A stretch of DNA of 64,000 nucleotides from Acidimicrobiaceae bacterium. GTDB lineage: Bacteria; Actinomycetota; Acidimicrobiia; Acidimicrobiales; Aldehydirespiratoraceae. The position numbers and the translations under genes were made by a program. Shown here one piece after another: positions 17,521-27,386 of this stretch. The DNA lies in the NCBI GenBank assembly GCA_009845995.1, contig VXYK01000055.1, positions 188,721 to 252,720 on the forward strand, given 5' to 3'. The notes beneath the pieces were generated by a model. The model was not told where the DNA came from and searched no databases. It saw only the letters and a list, made by a program, of their open reading frames with translations. Each line of letters opens with the position of its first letter. Position 1 is the first letter of the stretch.

Positions 17521-18066
17521 GTGACCGAGGAAACGATCCCGCGCGCCTCGCTGGACGCGATGATCGGCAGACCGATGGGTCCCGCCGAGGGCTCGACGGC
17601 GCCCGACCCGGTCAACCTGCCGATGATCCGTCACTGGGTCGCGGCGTTCGACGACCACAATCCCGTATACCTCGACGAGCAGGCCGCGGCCGAGTCCCGG
17701 CACGGCTCGGTGGTCGCCCCGCCGGCGATGCTGCAGACCTGGGTCATGGCGACGCCGTCCCTCGAAGGAATCAGGGATCGGGGCGGCGCTCCGAGGGCGT
17801 CGGACGACAGCCCGCTCAAGATCTTCGACGATGCCGGATTCGGCGGGAGCCTCGCCGTGAACTCCGAACTCACCTTCGAGCGCTATCTGCGTCTCGGCGA
17901 GACGTTGACCTCGAGCAGTGAGGTGGAGTCGATCTCCGAGCAGAAGCAGACCCGACTGGGGCTTGGCTACTTCATCACCTGGGTCAGTACCTACAGGGTG
18001 GGCGACGAGGTCGTCGGCCGGCAGCGGTTCCGCATGCTGAAGTTCCGACCGGAGGCCGCGCCATGA
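17521..18066 (+). CDS. hotdog-fold (MaoC N-terminal-type) hydratase subunit
   Basis: GTG 17521, in frame in ORF 17209..18066. Start uncertain (internal ATG of MIGRPMG is possible). PMIRHWVAAFDDHNPVYLDE is typical of FAS1-like/MaoC N-terminal domain proteins. Confidence 0.6.
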   Translation: MTEETIPRASLDAMIGRPMGPAEGSTAPDPVNLPMIRHWVAAFDDHNPVYLDEQAAAESRHGSVVAPPAMLQTWVMATPSLEGIRDRGGAPRASDDSPLKIFDDAGFGGSLAVNSELTFERYLRLGETLTSSSEVESISEQKQTRLGLGYFITWVSTYRVGDEVVGRQRFRMLKFRPEAAP

Positions 18067-18467
18067 CCACGGTCGGTGATCGACTCCCCTCGGCGGCGTA
18101 CGTGATGGACACCACCCGGATCGTCGCCGGTGCGCTCGCGTCCCGCGACTTCATGCCGGTGCATCACGACAAGGCCTACGCCATCGACCACGGGTCGCCC
18201 GACGTGTTCATGAACATCATGTCGACCAACGGCTACTGCAGCCGCTATCTCACCGACTGGGCCGGCCCCGACGCCATGCTGCGTTCGCTGTCGATCCGGC
18301 TCGGCGTACCGGTGTACCCGGGTACGACGCTTCGCTTCGAGGGCGAGATCACCGCCGTCGATCAGCAGCCGGGTGAGCAAGTGGTGGAGGTGTCGTTCAC
18401 TGCCAGCACCGAACACGGTGATCACGCGACCGGTTCCGCCTCGCTTTCGATCCTGGCGGACTCTTGA
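18063..18467 (+). CDS. MaoC-like hotdog hydratase subunit
   Basis: 4-nt overlap with the previous gene. ASRDFMPVHHDKAYAIDHGSPDVFMNIM is MaoC dehydratase-like. Confidence 0.7.
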   Translation: MTTVGDRLPSAAYVMDTTRIVAGALASRDFMPVHHDKAYAIDHGSPDVFMNIMSTNGYCSRYLTDWAGPDAMLRSLSIRLGVPVYPGTTLRFEGEITAVDQQPGEQVVEVSFTASTEHGDHATGSASLSILADS

Positions 18468-18619
18468 CCCACCCGTCGAGCTGCCGGACCGCGACCATCT
18501 CAATAACACCGCTCCGGGCGCCGTGGTGCGCCCCGTTCGGGATTCTCACCCGCGCGGGGGCTCAACTACGATGGCGCGATGGCGACCATAGAGCCGCATC
18601 CGGACAAGAGTGATCACGC

Positions 18620-19759
18620 ATGACCGAGAAGATCTGGACCCACTCCGCCGACTCGCATTTCCTCGAGCCGAAGGGTCACTGGCATGACATCATGCCCAGG
18701 GCGCTGGCCGACAGGATGCCCCGTGTCGAACGCATCAGCGACGACGAGGAGCGGGTGACCGTAGACGGCAAGAGCTTCCTGCGGCCGGTCCCGAAGATTC
18801 TCAAGGTCAAGGGTGCCGACGGCCTGAACATCGCCGAGATCAACCACCGGCCCCCCGGCGCTCGCGACATCAACGCGCGAATGCTCGATCTCGATCAGGA
18901 AGGTGTCTGGGCGGAAGTGATGTTCCAGTCGATCGGACTGTGGTGTGCGCTGATCGAGGATCCGGAGTTGATCAGCGCTGCTGCGCGAGCCGAGAACGAA
19001 TGGTTGGCGTCGGAGATCCAGGCGGTCGCTCCCGACCGGCTCGTTCCGGCCGCGCTCATGCCCCTGGTCGACGTCGACGCCGCTGTCGCAGCGCTCTATC
19101 ACGCCGCCGAGGTCGGACTTCATCTCGTCAACATGCCGACCGGGCACCCCAAGGGCGCGCCCGACTACAACGACGCCGCGTGGGATCCATTGTGGGCCGC
19201 GGCCGACGAGACAGGGCTCGTGATCGCCTTCCACATCGGGACCGACGGCGGTGACCAGGCCTCGAACTTCCGGGGCCCGGGCGGTGCCGTCTTGAACTAT
19301 GTGCACAGCAGGTTCGGCGGCCAGTACGCCGCCATGAAGCTGGTGGCGAGCGGTGCGTTCGAGCGTCATCAGGGACTGCGGGTGCTGATCGCCGAGGGCG
19401 GAGCGACCTGGGTGCCGTTCATCGGCGACCGGATGAACGAGGGCTTCCGCCAGCACTCGATGTTCGTTCGACCCAAGTTGGCCCGACCGCCGAAGGACTA
19501 TCTCTACGAACACGTCTACGCGAGCTTCCAGCACGACGAGACCGCCCCCGCGGCAATGTGGGCGATGGGCTATCGCAACGTCCTGTTCGGTAGTGACTAT
19601 CCCCACATCGAAGGCACCTTCGGCCACACCCAGGAAACGCTCCACAGCCTGCTCGACGGTCTCGACGAGGTCGCCCGTCACCGCATCACCCGCGGTGCGT
19701 TCGAGGAGTTGTTCCCCCACGTCTCCGCACCCCCGGCCGTCGTGGCCGCGGCTAGCTGA
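18620..19759 (+). CDS. amidohydrolase_2 family protein
   Basis: HSADSHFLEP at the N-terminus and LFGSDYPHIEGTF near the C-terminus. Third member of this family in the window. Confidence 0.75.
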   Translation: MTEKIWTHSADSHFLEPKGHWHDIMPRALADRMPRVERISDDEERVTVDGKSFLRPVPKILKVKGADGLNIAEINHRPPGARDINARMLDLDQEGVWAEVMFQSIGLWCALIEDPELISAAARAENEWLASEIQAVAPDRLVPAALMPLVDVDAAVAALYHAAEVGLHLVNMPTGHPKGAPDYNDAAWDPLWAAADETGLVIAFHIGTDGGDQASNFRGPGGAVLNYVHSRFGGQYAAMKLVASGAFERHQGLRVLIAEGGATWVPFIGDRMNEGFRQHSMFVRPKLARPPKDYLYEHVYASFQHDETAPAAMWAMGYRNVLFGSDYPHIEGTFGHTQETLHSLLDGLDEVARHRITRGAFEELFPHVSAPPAVVAAAS

Positions 19760-22101
19760 TGGAGCCGCTCGACCACCTCCGGGTGGTCGATACAACCACC
19801 GACGTCGCCGGACCCTACGCCTCGAAGCTCTTCGTCGACGCGGGCGCGGAGGTCATCAAGGTCGAACCGACCGGCGGCGACCCTGCCCGCCGCTACAGCG
19901 CGGTCGGCGCGCGCTTCGAGGGCGACAGTGCGCTCTTCGGTTTCCTCAACGCCAAAAAACGCTCGATCGTCGGCACTATCACCGATCCGGCGATCGAGGC
20001 GTTGCTCGAGGGGGCTGACCTGTTGATCGAGTCCGGCACGGTCGACGTCGAGTCGATCCGGGCGCGGTACTCGCATTTAGTCGTCCTGTCGATCACACCT
20101 TTCGGGCTCACCGGCCCTTATGCATCCCGTCCAGCGACCGAGTTCACGATTCAGGCCGAGAGCGGGTCGATCCAGTTCCGCGGTCGTCCGGAGCGGGAGC
20201 CGCTCACCGCCGCCGGCCGCCTCGCCGAATTCATGGGCGGTGCGTTCGGTGGGCCTCCAGCGCTTGCGGCGGTCCTCCGAGCTCGCCGCACCGGCAGCGG
20301 GGAGCACATCGACCTGTCGATGACCGACGTCGTGGCGGCGACGGTGCCGATCTTCTCGAACCTGCTCCATCAGCTCTCGGGGGAACCGGAGTTGACAACG
20401 CCGGCCCGCAGCATGGAGACGCCGTCGATAGAGATGGCGAAGGACGGGTACATCGGGTTCAACACCAACACCGGGGAGATGTTCGAGAGGTTCCTGGTCC
20501 TGATCGAACGGCCCGACCTCCTCAAGGACAAGGAACTCCTGTTTCAGTGGGACCGTTCTCGCCGCGACGACTGGCCCGAGATCATGGGTTCATGGCTGCG
20601 GGAGCACGATGTCGACGAGATCGTCGAGCGAGCGAGCGAGCTTCGGATCCCCGTCACCCCGGTCTACGACGGTGAGACCATCGTCAACAACGAGCACCTC
20701 GCCGAACGCGGGGTGTTCGTTGCGAACCCGGGCGGATTCACTCAACCGCGCCGCCCGTTCCGGATAGACGAGCAGGACACGCCGCGCCCGCAACCGGCGC
20801 CTGCGATCGACGCCGACCGCGACTCGATCGCGGTACGGCCGACTCCCACGCCGACCGAACCGGACGCCGATCGGACCGCCTTGCCCCTCGTCGGCCTGCG
20901 GGTGCTCGACCTCACCGCGTGGTGGGCCGGCCCTGCCGCAACCAACATGCTCGCGTCGCTCGGGGCCGAGGTGATCCACGTCGAAGGCACGAGCCACCCT
21001 GACGGTGTCCGTATGACCGGCTTTCTCGCCGGCACCGACCCGTGGTGGGAGGCCAGTCACGTCTTCCTGGGCGCGAATACGAACAAGTTGAGCATCACCC
21101 TCGACCTCTCCAGTGACGAGGGTCGAGCGATAGTTGAGGACCTCATCAGGTGGGCCGATGTCGTAGCTGAGAACTTCTCGCCGCGCGTCATGGAGAACTG
21201 GGGCCTCGACCGTGAGACTTTGCAGGCGATCAACCCGAGGGCCGTCTTCACCCGGATGCCCGCCTTCGGCACGACCGGGTCGTGGCGGGATCGGGTCGGC
21301 TTCGCCCAGACCATGGAGCAGATGACCATGGCCTCGATCACGGGATATCCCGACGACGCGCCGTTGATCCCAAAAGGCCCCTGCGACCCGATCGCAGGAG
21401 TCCACGGAGCCTGGGCGATGCTGGTCGCACTGGTTCAACGGGAGCGCAGCGGCGGGGAGGGTGTGTTCGTGGAATCGACCATGATTGAGGCCGCTCTGAA
21501 CGCTTGCCCGTTGCCGCTGCTCGAGTTCTCCGCCTATGGCGAGGTGATGGCTCGGAGCGCCAACCGTTCTATCACGAGCGCACCGCAGGGGGTCTATCGG
21601 TGTGCCGACGAGGAGACCTGGCTGGCTGTCGGTGTCGAGACCGACGAGCAATGGCGGGCGCTGATCGACGCGTTGGGGTCGCCCGAGTGGGCCGGCGACG
21701 CCGTGCTTGCGACCCACGAGGGGCGAGCGGAAGCGCACGACCGGATCGACGACGCGCTCGCCGTCTGGGCGTCTACCCGGGACGTCTTCGAGGCAGCGGA
21801 GCGGTTGTGCGCTGCGGGGGTGCCCGCAGGAGTCTGCTGGGATCCGAGAGTCTTGGACTCCCACCCGCAACTCGAGGCGCGCGGCCTGTTCGAAGAGGTC
21901 GCCCACACGCACACCGGCACACATCGGATCCCTGGTCTGCCGTTCCGTTTCGCGTCCGTCGACCGATGGATCCGGACGTCCGCGCCGACCTTCGGTCAAG
22001 ACAATCATCAAGTTCTAGGCGATCTCCTTGGCTTCGACGCCGAACGCTTGGCCCAGCTCACCGATGCTCGAGTGATCGCTGATCGACCGGCGGGGTTCTA
22101 A
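19759..22101 (+). CDS. tandem-duplicated family III (CaiB/BaiF) CoA-transferase
   Basis: Two N-terminal-type signatures in one 780-aa chain: LRVVDTTTDVAGPYASKLFVDAGAEVIKVE and LRVLDLTAWWAGPAATNMLASLGAEVIHVE. Start overlaps the upstream stop (TGATG). Confidence 0.8.
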   Translation: MEPLDHLRVVDTTTDVAGPYASKLFVDAGAEVIKVEPTGGDPARRYSAVGARFEGDSALFGFLNAKKRSIVGTITDPAIEALLEGADLLIESGTVDVESIRARYSHLVVLSITPFGLTGPYASRPATEFTIQAESGSIQFRGRPEREPLTAAGRLAEFMGGAFGGPPALAAVLRARRTGSGEHIDLSMTDVVAATVPIFSNLLHQLSGEPELTTPARSMETPSIEMAKDGYIGFNTNTGEMFERFLVLIERPDLLKDKELLFQWDRSRRDDWPEIMGSWLREHDVDEIVERASELRIPVTPVYDGETIVNNEHLAERGVFVANPGGFTQPRRPFRIDEQDTPRPQPAPAIDADRDSIAVRPTPTPTEPDADRTALPLVGLRVLDLTAWWAGPAATNMLASLGAEVIHVEGTSHPDGVRMTGFLAGTDPWWEASHVFLGANTNKLSITLDLSSDEGRAIVEDLIRWADVVAENFSPRVMENWGLDRETLQAINPRAVFTRMPAFGTTGSWRDRVGFAQTMEQMTMASITGYPDDAPLIPKGPCDPIAGVHGAWAMLVALVQRERSGGEGVFVESTMIEAALNACPLPLLEFSAYGEVMARSANRSITSAPQGVYRCADEETWLAVGVETDEQWRALIDALGSPEWAGDAVLATHEGRAEAHDRIDDALAVWASTRDVFEAAERLCAAGVPAGVCWDPRVLDSHPQLEARGLFEEVAHTHTGTHRIPGLPFRFASVDRWIRTSAPTFGQDNHQVLGDLLGFDAERLAQLTDARVIADRPAGF

Positions 22102-23009
22102 CGCCGCAGCGCCTCGGCGAGCGTGTCGTTGAGCATTCCGAGCGAGCGCATCAGCGCTTTTGGGTTCGTCACCGCGGCGCCCCCGTGTTGGGCGCCCGGG
22201 CAGTTGTGGAGTTCGACTTCGATGCCCTCTGCCATCAGTGCCATTGCGTACGCGATGCCCTCGTCGCGGAGGGGATCGTTCCCGTATGTGAGTACACATG
22301 CCGCAGGAAGATCAGCGAATGACTCGGCGCGGAGCGGAGCGGCGTACGGTGAGGTGTGCGCATGGTCATGGTCGGCGCCGAGGTACTGGAGCCACATGCG
22401 CTCAGCGCTCGGCCGGTCGAATGTGGCTGGAGTCGGGTCCGCGAATGCCTGGTTCATTGACGGCGAGGCCATCCGGTCGTCGGTGACGGGAATGAAGAGC
22501 GACTGGAAGCAGATGTCGGGGCCCTTGCGGTCGCGGGTCATCTGGCAGAGCGCCGCTGCCAGCGCACCGCCTGCACTTGCTCCGTGCACGGCGATGCGGC
22601 CTAGATCGATGTCGAGATCGTCGGTGGTGGCGAGCCAGTTGAGCACGGCCCAGCAGTCCTCGATCGCGGCCGGGAAGGGATCCTCAGGGGCCAGGCGGTA
22701 GTCAACCCCGATCACATGGCAGCCGAGGTTGCTGGCGAATCCGGCGTCGAGACCCGCGAACGTGTCGGGCGACATGATGCAGAAGGCCCCGCCGTGGAGG
22801 CTCAGGATCGCGGGCAGCGGGCCGGTTGCGTCCTTGGGTCGGTAGCACAGGGTACGGACGTCGGGGGCGTCGGGCGGGCCGGGCACATGGCGTTCGGTGA
22901 TTGTGAGGACTTCTCGATGGGCGTCCGTCAACTCGAGTCCCGGGAGCGGTTCGCGATCCGCCCCGCCCGACCGATCCGGGGCATCGAACGGATCAAAGGT
23001 TCGGACCAT
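22098..23009 (-). CDS. alpha/beta hydrolase (HSL-type esterase/lipase)
   Basis: HGGAF oxyanion motif and GASAGG nucleophile elbow. Confidence 0.8.
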   Translation of the reverse strand: MVRTFDPFDAPDRSGGADREPLPGLELTDAHREVLTITERHVPGPPDAPDVRTLCYRPKDATGPLPAILSLHGGAFCIMSPDTFAGLDAGFASNLGCHVIGVDYRLAPEDPFPAAIEDCWAVLNWLATTDDLDIDLGRIAVHGASAGGALAAALCQMTRDRKGPDICFQSLFIPVTDDRMASPSMNQAFADPTPATFDRPSAERMWLQYLGADHDHAHTSPYAAPLRAESFADLPAACVLTYGNDPLRDEGIAYAMALMAEGIEVELHNCPGAQHGGAAVTNPKALMRSLGMLNDTLAEALRR

Positions 23010-23143
23010 GCCAGGCTTCGCCTCTCCACGGGATTGTGTTTGCGGCTCAACGGCCGCGGACGGACCGTAATCCTATGTGGATCAACCCGGCAAACGGATC
23101 AAGAGCTTTGCTCCGCCATCCAGAAAACACCATCTGAGGGTGA

Positions 23144-24043
23144 TCAATCTGTCTGCTCCTCTGTCGCGGCCAGCTGTTCGAGCATCCTCGCAGCGAGTGC
23201 ACCGACGTCGTAGTCGGTTGTGTCGATCTCGGCGAGCCGGTCGAACGCCTCGGTGACTTCTTCGGCGCGGCTCTCAGCGTAGGCTCGCGCGTTGTAGTGC
23301 GTCGGGATGAGGAAGTGCCCGGTTTCGGCTCCGTCGAGCGCCCGCTCGGCGACTGTCGCCGCAGGCATTCCAGTGGCCTCCATGAAAGCACCCGACTGGG
23401 AGTCGCCCGAAATGGCTCCACCGAACTCGTCGGGTCGGACAGCGGTGGAGTTCCAGAGCCGGCTGGCGGTCAGGCCCGGGCACAACACGCTGACACCGAC
23501 ATGGTCCGGAAGTTCTGAGCGGAGGACGTCGCACGCACCGAGCACTGCGTGCTTGGATGCGGTGTAGGGCGCTCCGAACAGGTGGGGGACACCAAGCGCA
23601 TGCTCCGATGCGGTGACGAGCAACCATCCGCCCTGCTCGCTTGCGACCATTGGACGGCCGAAACTCTGCAGAGTGTGGATCGCACCGCGCAGGTTGACGC
23701 CGACCAGCCATTCGATGTCGGCGGGTGCCGTCTCCAGCAGGGGTCTCATCGGCACCATCACTCCGGCGTTGGCGATGGCGAGGCCCGGCAGCCCGTGCGC
23801 GGCGATGAGCTGATCTGCCAACGCGTCGACCGCCACGGCATCGGATACATCACACATATGGACGGTGGCTGAGCCCCCATTGGCGGTGACCTGTGCGGCG
23901 ACGCTGGCTGCAGCCTCCTCGTTGACATCGACGATGGCCACGGTCGAGGCGCCACGAGCCGCAGCATTCAGTGCGAGCGCGGCACCGATGCCGTTGCCTC
24001 CGCCGGTGACCACCACCGGCTGTCCTTCGATTTGTGCTGGCAT
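23144..24043 (-). CDS. SDR family oxidoreductase
   Basis: VVVTGGGNGIGAALA cofactor-binding loop and YTASKHAV (YxxxK). Confidence 0.8.
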   Translation of the reverse strand: MPAQIEGQPVVVTGGGNGIGAALALNAAARGASTVAIVDVNEEAAASVAAQVTANGGSATVHMCDVSDAVAVDALADQLIAAHGLPGLAIANAGVMVPMRPLLETAPADIEWLVGVNLRGAIHTLQSFGRPMVASEQGGWLLVTASEHALGVPHLFGAPYTASKHAVLGACDVLRSELPDHVGVSVLCPGLTASRLWNSTAVRPDEFGGAISGDSQSGAFMEATGMPAATVAERALDGAETGHFLIPTHYNARAYAESRAEEVTEAFDRLAEIDTTDYDVGALAARMLEQLAATEEQTD

Positions 24044-24167
24044 GGACTTTCTCCCTCAAGCTCCGCTGGGTCGTTCAGAGCGCAACGGCAGCCACGAACC
24101 GCCGACCGGATCGAGTGACTCACCGTTGATCCAGTGTCCGCAGCGTTTCGTCATAATTGGACTCCCT

Positions 24168-25115
24168 TCAGTCGATGAGCCCGCATTGGCGGGCCCGGTC
24201 GAGTGTGACTTGGAATAGCCGAGTGGTTGCCGCGTCGATCATGATCCCGTCGAAGTTGGCCGCGCCTGCGCCTTCAGCCTCGGCCGCAGCGACCGCGTTG
24301 ATAGCGGACTGGGCCGTTGCGATCTCCTTGGGAGTCGGCGCAAAAACCCGATTGGCGATCTCGATCTGGCTCGGATGGATGCACCACTTCCCGACGCCAC
24401 CCAGGAGTGCGAACGTCGCTGCCGACTTTTTGTACCCTTCCGAGTCGGCGAAGTTTGCATACGGGCCATCAATGGCGTCGATACCGGCAGCACGGCAGGC
24501 GACGATCATCCGGTTTCGGGCATGGTGCCACACATCTCCGGAGTAGGGCAGCGCCTGTTCGCGGTCGGCAACCCCGATGCCGCCGAGCCGCATGCCCTGA
24601 CTGGCAGAGAGGTCGCCGACGCCGAGCGTAAGCGCCTCAAGGCGGGGGGAGCAACGAGCAATCTGGTCTACGGTCTGAAGCGCCTCTACCTCTTCGATCA
24701 AGCACTCGATGCCGATGCGACCGACCTCAAGGCCGAGCTTCTTCTCGAGCCCGGTCAACAGATCATCGACGAACCACACCTCCCGCGGGCCCTTGATCTT
24801 CGGAACCATGATGACATCGATGTTCGCTCCGGCACCTGCAACAATCTCGGTGATGTCGTCGTGGCACCATTCGGTGTCCACGCTGTTGCAACGAAACGCC
24901 CGGATCTTGTTGCCCCAGTCGAGCTCGTTGAGCCCGGCGATGATGTTGGAGCGCGAAGGCACCTTCGCCGGTGGCGCTACGGCATCCTCAAGATCGAGGA
25001 ACACCATGTCGGCGTCGCTCGCAGCGGCCTTGGCGATCATCTTCTTGCTATGGCCGGGGGTCGACAGTTCGGACCGGCGGAGCCGACCCAAGGGGGCGCG
25101 TTCGTAGTTGCTCAT
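24168..25115 (-). CDS. HpcH/HpaI-CitE family acyl-CoA lyase (malyl/citramalyl-CoA lyase-like)
   Basis: RSELSTPGHSKKMIAKAAASDADMVFLDLEDAVAP... is typical of CitE/malyl-CoA lyase proteins. Confidence 0.8.
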   Translation of the reverse strand: MSNYERAPLGRLRRSELSTPGHSKKMIAKAAASDADMVFLDLEDAVAPPAKVPSRSNIIAGLNELDWGNKIRAFRCNSVDTEWCHDDITEIVAGAGANIDVIMVPKIKGPREVWFVDDLLTGLEKKLGLEVGRIGIECLIEEVEALQTVDQIARCSPRLEALTLGVGDLSASQGMRLGGIGVADREQALPYSGDVWHHARNRMIVACRAAGIDAIDGPYANFADSEGYKKSAATFALLGGVGKWCIHPSQIEIANRVFAPTPKEIATAQSAINAVAAAEAEGAGAANFDGIMIDAATTRLFQVTLDRARQCGLID

Positions 25116-25630
25116 GGACCGGCCGGCTCCTCGTTGGTTGTTGGGTGGTGCCGCCAGTGGCTGCGGCGTTTGATCAGTACGATTCGTTCGAGTTCGCAGA
25201 CGATATCGCCGTACTGATTGCGACCCCAGTGTTTGAATCGCACGACGCCGGCGTCGTCACGACAGTCGGCCGGATCGGTGGCGAGCACTTCGGTGTAGGC
25301 CGTGACCGTGTCGCCGTGGTGCACGGGCTTGTTGAAGCGAACGTTGTCGAGCCCAAGCTCGGCCAGGGCGTTCTCGGCCGTGTCCTGGCTCGCGAGCCCG
25401 ACAGTCATCGACCCGGTGACGAGGCCGAACACCAGGCGGCCCTCACCGAGGGGGGAGTCGGCGGTGATCGCCTCGTTCCAGTGGGCCTGCGCGGTGTTCA
25501 TCACCTGTTTGGAGATGAAGTTGTTCTCGACCTCGGCGATGGTGGCACTGCGAGCGTGGCGCATGCGCCGGCCGACCTCGAAGTCTTCGAAGTAGTTGCT
25601 GTCGCCGGTCAAGTGAACGTGAGTGGTCAT
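25112..25630 (-). CDS. MaoC family hotdog hydratase
   Basis: YFEDFEVGRRMRHARSATIAEVENNFISKQVMNTAQAHWNE. 4-nt overlaps on both sides. Confidence 0.7.
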   Translation of the reverse strand: MTTHVHLTGDSNYFEDFEVGRRMRHARSATIAEVENNFISKQVMNTAQAHWNEAITADSPLGEGRLVFGLVTGSMTVGLASQDTAENALAELGLDNVRFNKPVHHGDTVTAYTEVLATDPADCRDDAGVVRFKHWGRNQYGDIVCELERIVLIKRRSHWRHHPTTNEEPAGP

Positions 25631-26118
25631 GCGTTCCCCCGTTTCGCGACGAGGTTGGTGCGACAGAAGTCCACGACGAGTTCACCGTGCTGGTTGTGGG
25701 CCTTCGTATGCCAGGTAACGACTCCCGTATTGGGACGGCTGGCTGACTCACGCGCCTCAGTTACGGTAGAAGAGGCCGTCAACGTGTCGCCTGGATGAAC
25801 CGAGCGATGGAAGGTGACGTCGTTCATACCCAGGAAAGGGCCTCCCGATTCGCTGAGGTCCTCGACCGACAGGCCGACGGCGATGCACAAGACCAGCATC
25901 GGGTTGACCACGACATCGTCGTGGCCGTGGGCTTTGGCGTACTCGGCGTTGAGGTGCATCGGGTTCCAGTTGCATGTCGCAGTCGAGAAGATGGCGTTGT
26001 CACCGGCGGTGATGGTGCGACCCCAGTGGTGGGGGAAGGCCCGGCCCTCGCTGAAGTCCTCGAACTGGTTGCCCTTGGAGCCCACGGGGAAGGAGTCGAA
26101 GTCGATGTCGTCAGCCAT
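25627..26118 (-). CDS. MaoC family hotdog hydratase
   Basis: Start MADDIDFDSF at 26118 overlaps the P450 stop by 1 nt (TGATG). FEDFSEGRAFPHHWGRTITAGDNAIFSTATCNWNPMHLN. Confidence 0.7.
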   Translation of the reverse strand: MADDIDFDSFPVGSKGNQFEDFSEGRAFPHHWGRTITAGDNAIFSTATCNWNPMHLNAEYAKAHGHDDVVVNPMLVLCIAVGLSVEDLSESGGPFLGMNDVTFHRSVHPGDTLTASSTVTEARESASRPNTGVVTWHTKAHNQHGELVVDFCRTNLVAKRGNA

Positions 26119-27377
26119 CAGTGCGCGACCGGGCAAGTTCGGACGGGCATCTCGTTGAGCGCGTTGAACCAGACGCTGTACATCGGTGTGGGCGCCTCGG
26201 CCAGGGAGATGTCGGGCAACTGGGTGTACAGCTCAGCGAGAACGCAGCGCAACTGGAGACGCGCCAGGCTTGCGCCAAGGCAGAAGTGGGCGCCCATGCC
26301 GAAGGCGAGGTGTTTGCCGGCGTTGGGGCGCAGGATGTCGAACGTGTCGGGGTCGTCGAAGATGTCTTCGTCGCGGTTGGCCGAGATGTACGACATGTAG
26401 ACCTTGTCGCCTTTTCGGATCGACTCCCCCCGCAATTCGATGTCTTCGGTCGCGGTACGGCAGAACTGCATAACCGGCGGTGAGACGCGCAGCACCTCTT
26501 CGATGGCGTTGGGCAGTCGACCCTCCAGGTCTTCGAGGAGCAGCGCTTTTTGATCGGGGTGCTCGTCCATTAGTCGGACGAAGTGCGCGGTCGTGTTGCG
26601 GGTGGTCTCGTGGCCGGCGATCGACAGGGTTTGGAAGAACTGGGTGATCTCGTCGGGGGCGAGCTTGCGGCCGTCGACTTCACCGTGGACGTACTTTGAG
26701 ATCAACGTGTCGTCGGGCGCGTCGGTGACCGTCTTGACGACATCGTCGAGCATCAAGAACAGGTTGATCTGGTCTTCGACGAAGTTGTCGTTGAACTCGA
26801 AGCTCGCCGTCGCGTTCCCGAGGGCCATGTATTCGTCGCGCCTCTCCTGGGGGATCCCCATCATCTCGCACAGGAGGATCATCGGGAGCTCGGATGCAAC
26901 TTCGAACACGAATTCCGCTTCACCGCGTTCGGCCAACTCTCCGATCACTTTGGCGGCCTGCCCGCGGATGTGGGGTTCGAGCGCGTTGATCGAGCGAGGT
27001 GTGAAACCAGGTTGAACGAGGCGTCGGAACTGCGTGTGGTCGGGCGGGTCCATGCCCATCATCCCCGCACGTTGAGCGGCGAGCGCCATCTCGCTCTGTT
27101 TGGTGTCGATCCAGAGGACACTGTTCTCCCACGCAGAGAAACGATCAGTGTCTTTCGAGGCCATCACCACGTCGCCGTACTTGCTCAAGACCCAGAAACC
27201 GATCGGCTCGTAAGCATCGCCGAGCTCGAAGATCCTCGCTCCATCGACCGGTGGGGGATTCCAGTAAACGGGCGCCTCGCGACGCAGCACAGCGAAGTAT
27301 TCGTACGGCACGCCAACGTCGATCGTCATAAGGTCGTTGTTGCTCGCGAGGTTGATGTCGCCGGGTTGAAGGGTCAT
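26118..27377 (-). CDS. cytochrome P450
   Basis: Heme-thiolate loop FGMGAHFCLGASLA. ETTRN I-helix/EXXR region. Confidence 0.9.
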   Translation of the reverse strand: MTLQPGDINLASNNDLMTIDVGVPYEYFAVLRREAPVYWNPPPVDGARIFELGDAYEPIGFWVLSKYGDVVMASKDTDRFSAWENSVLWIDTKQSEMALAAQRAGMMGMDPPDHTQFRRLVQPGFTPRSINALEPHIRGQAAKVIGELAERGEAEFVFEVASELPMILLCEMMGIPQERRDEYMALGNATASFEFNDNFVEDQINLFLMLDDVVKTVTDAPDDTLISKYVHGEVDGRKLAPDEITQFFQTLSIAGHETTRNTTAHFVRLMDEHPDQKALLLEDLEGRLPNAIEEVLRVSPPVMQFCRTATEDIELRGESIRKGDKVYMSYISANRDEDIFDDPDTFDILRPNAGKHLAFGMGAHFCLGASLARLQLRCVLAELYTQLPDISLAEAPTPMYSVWFNALNEMPVRTCPVAH

Positions 27378-27386
27378 CGGGGCTCC

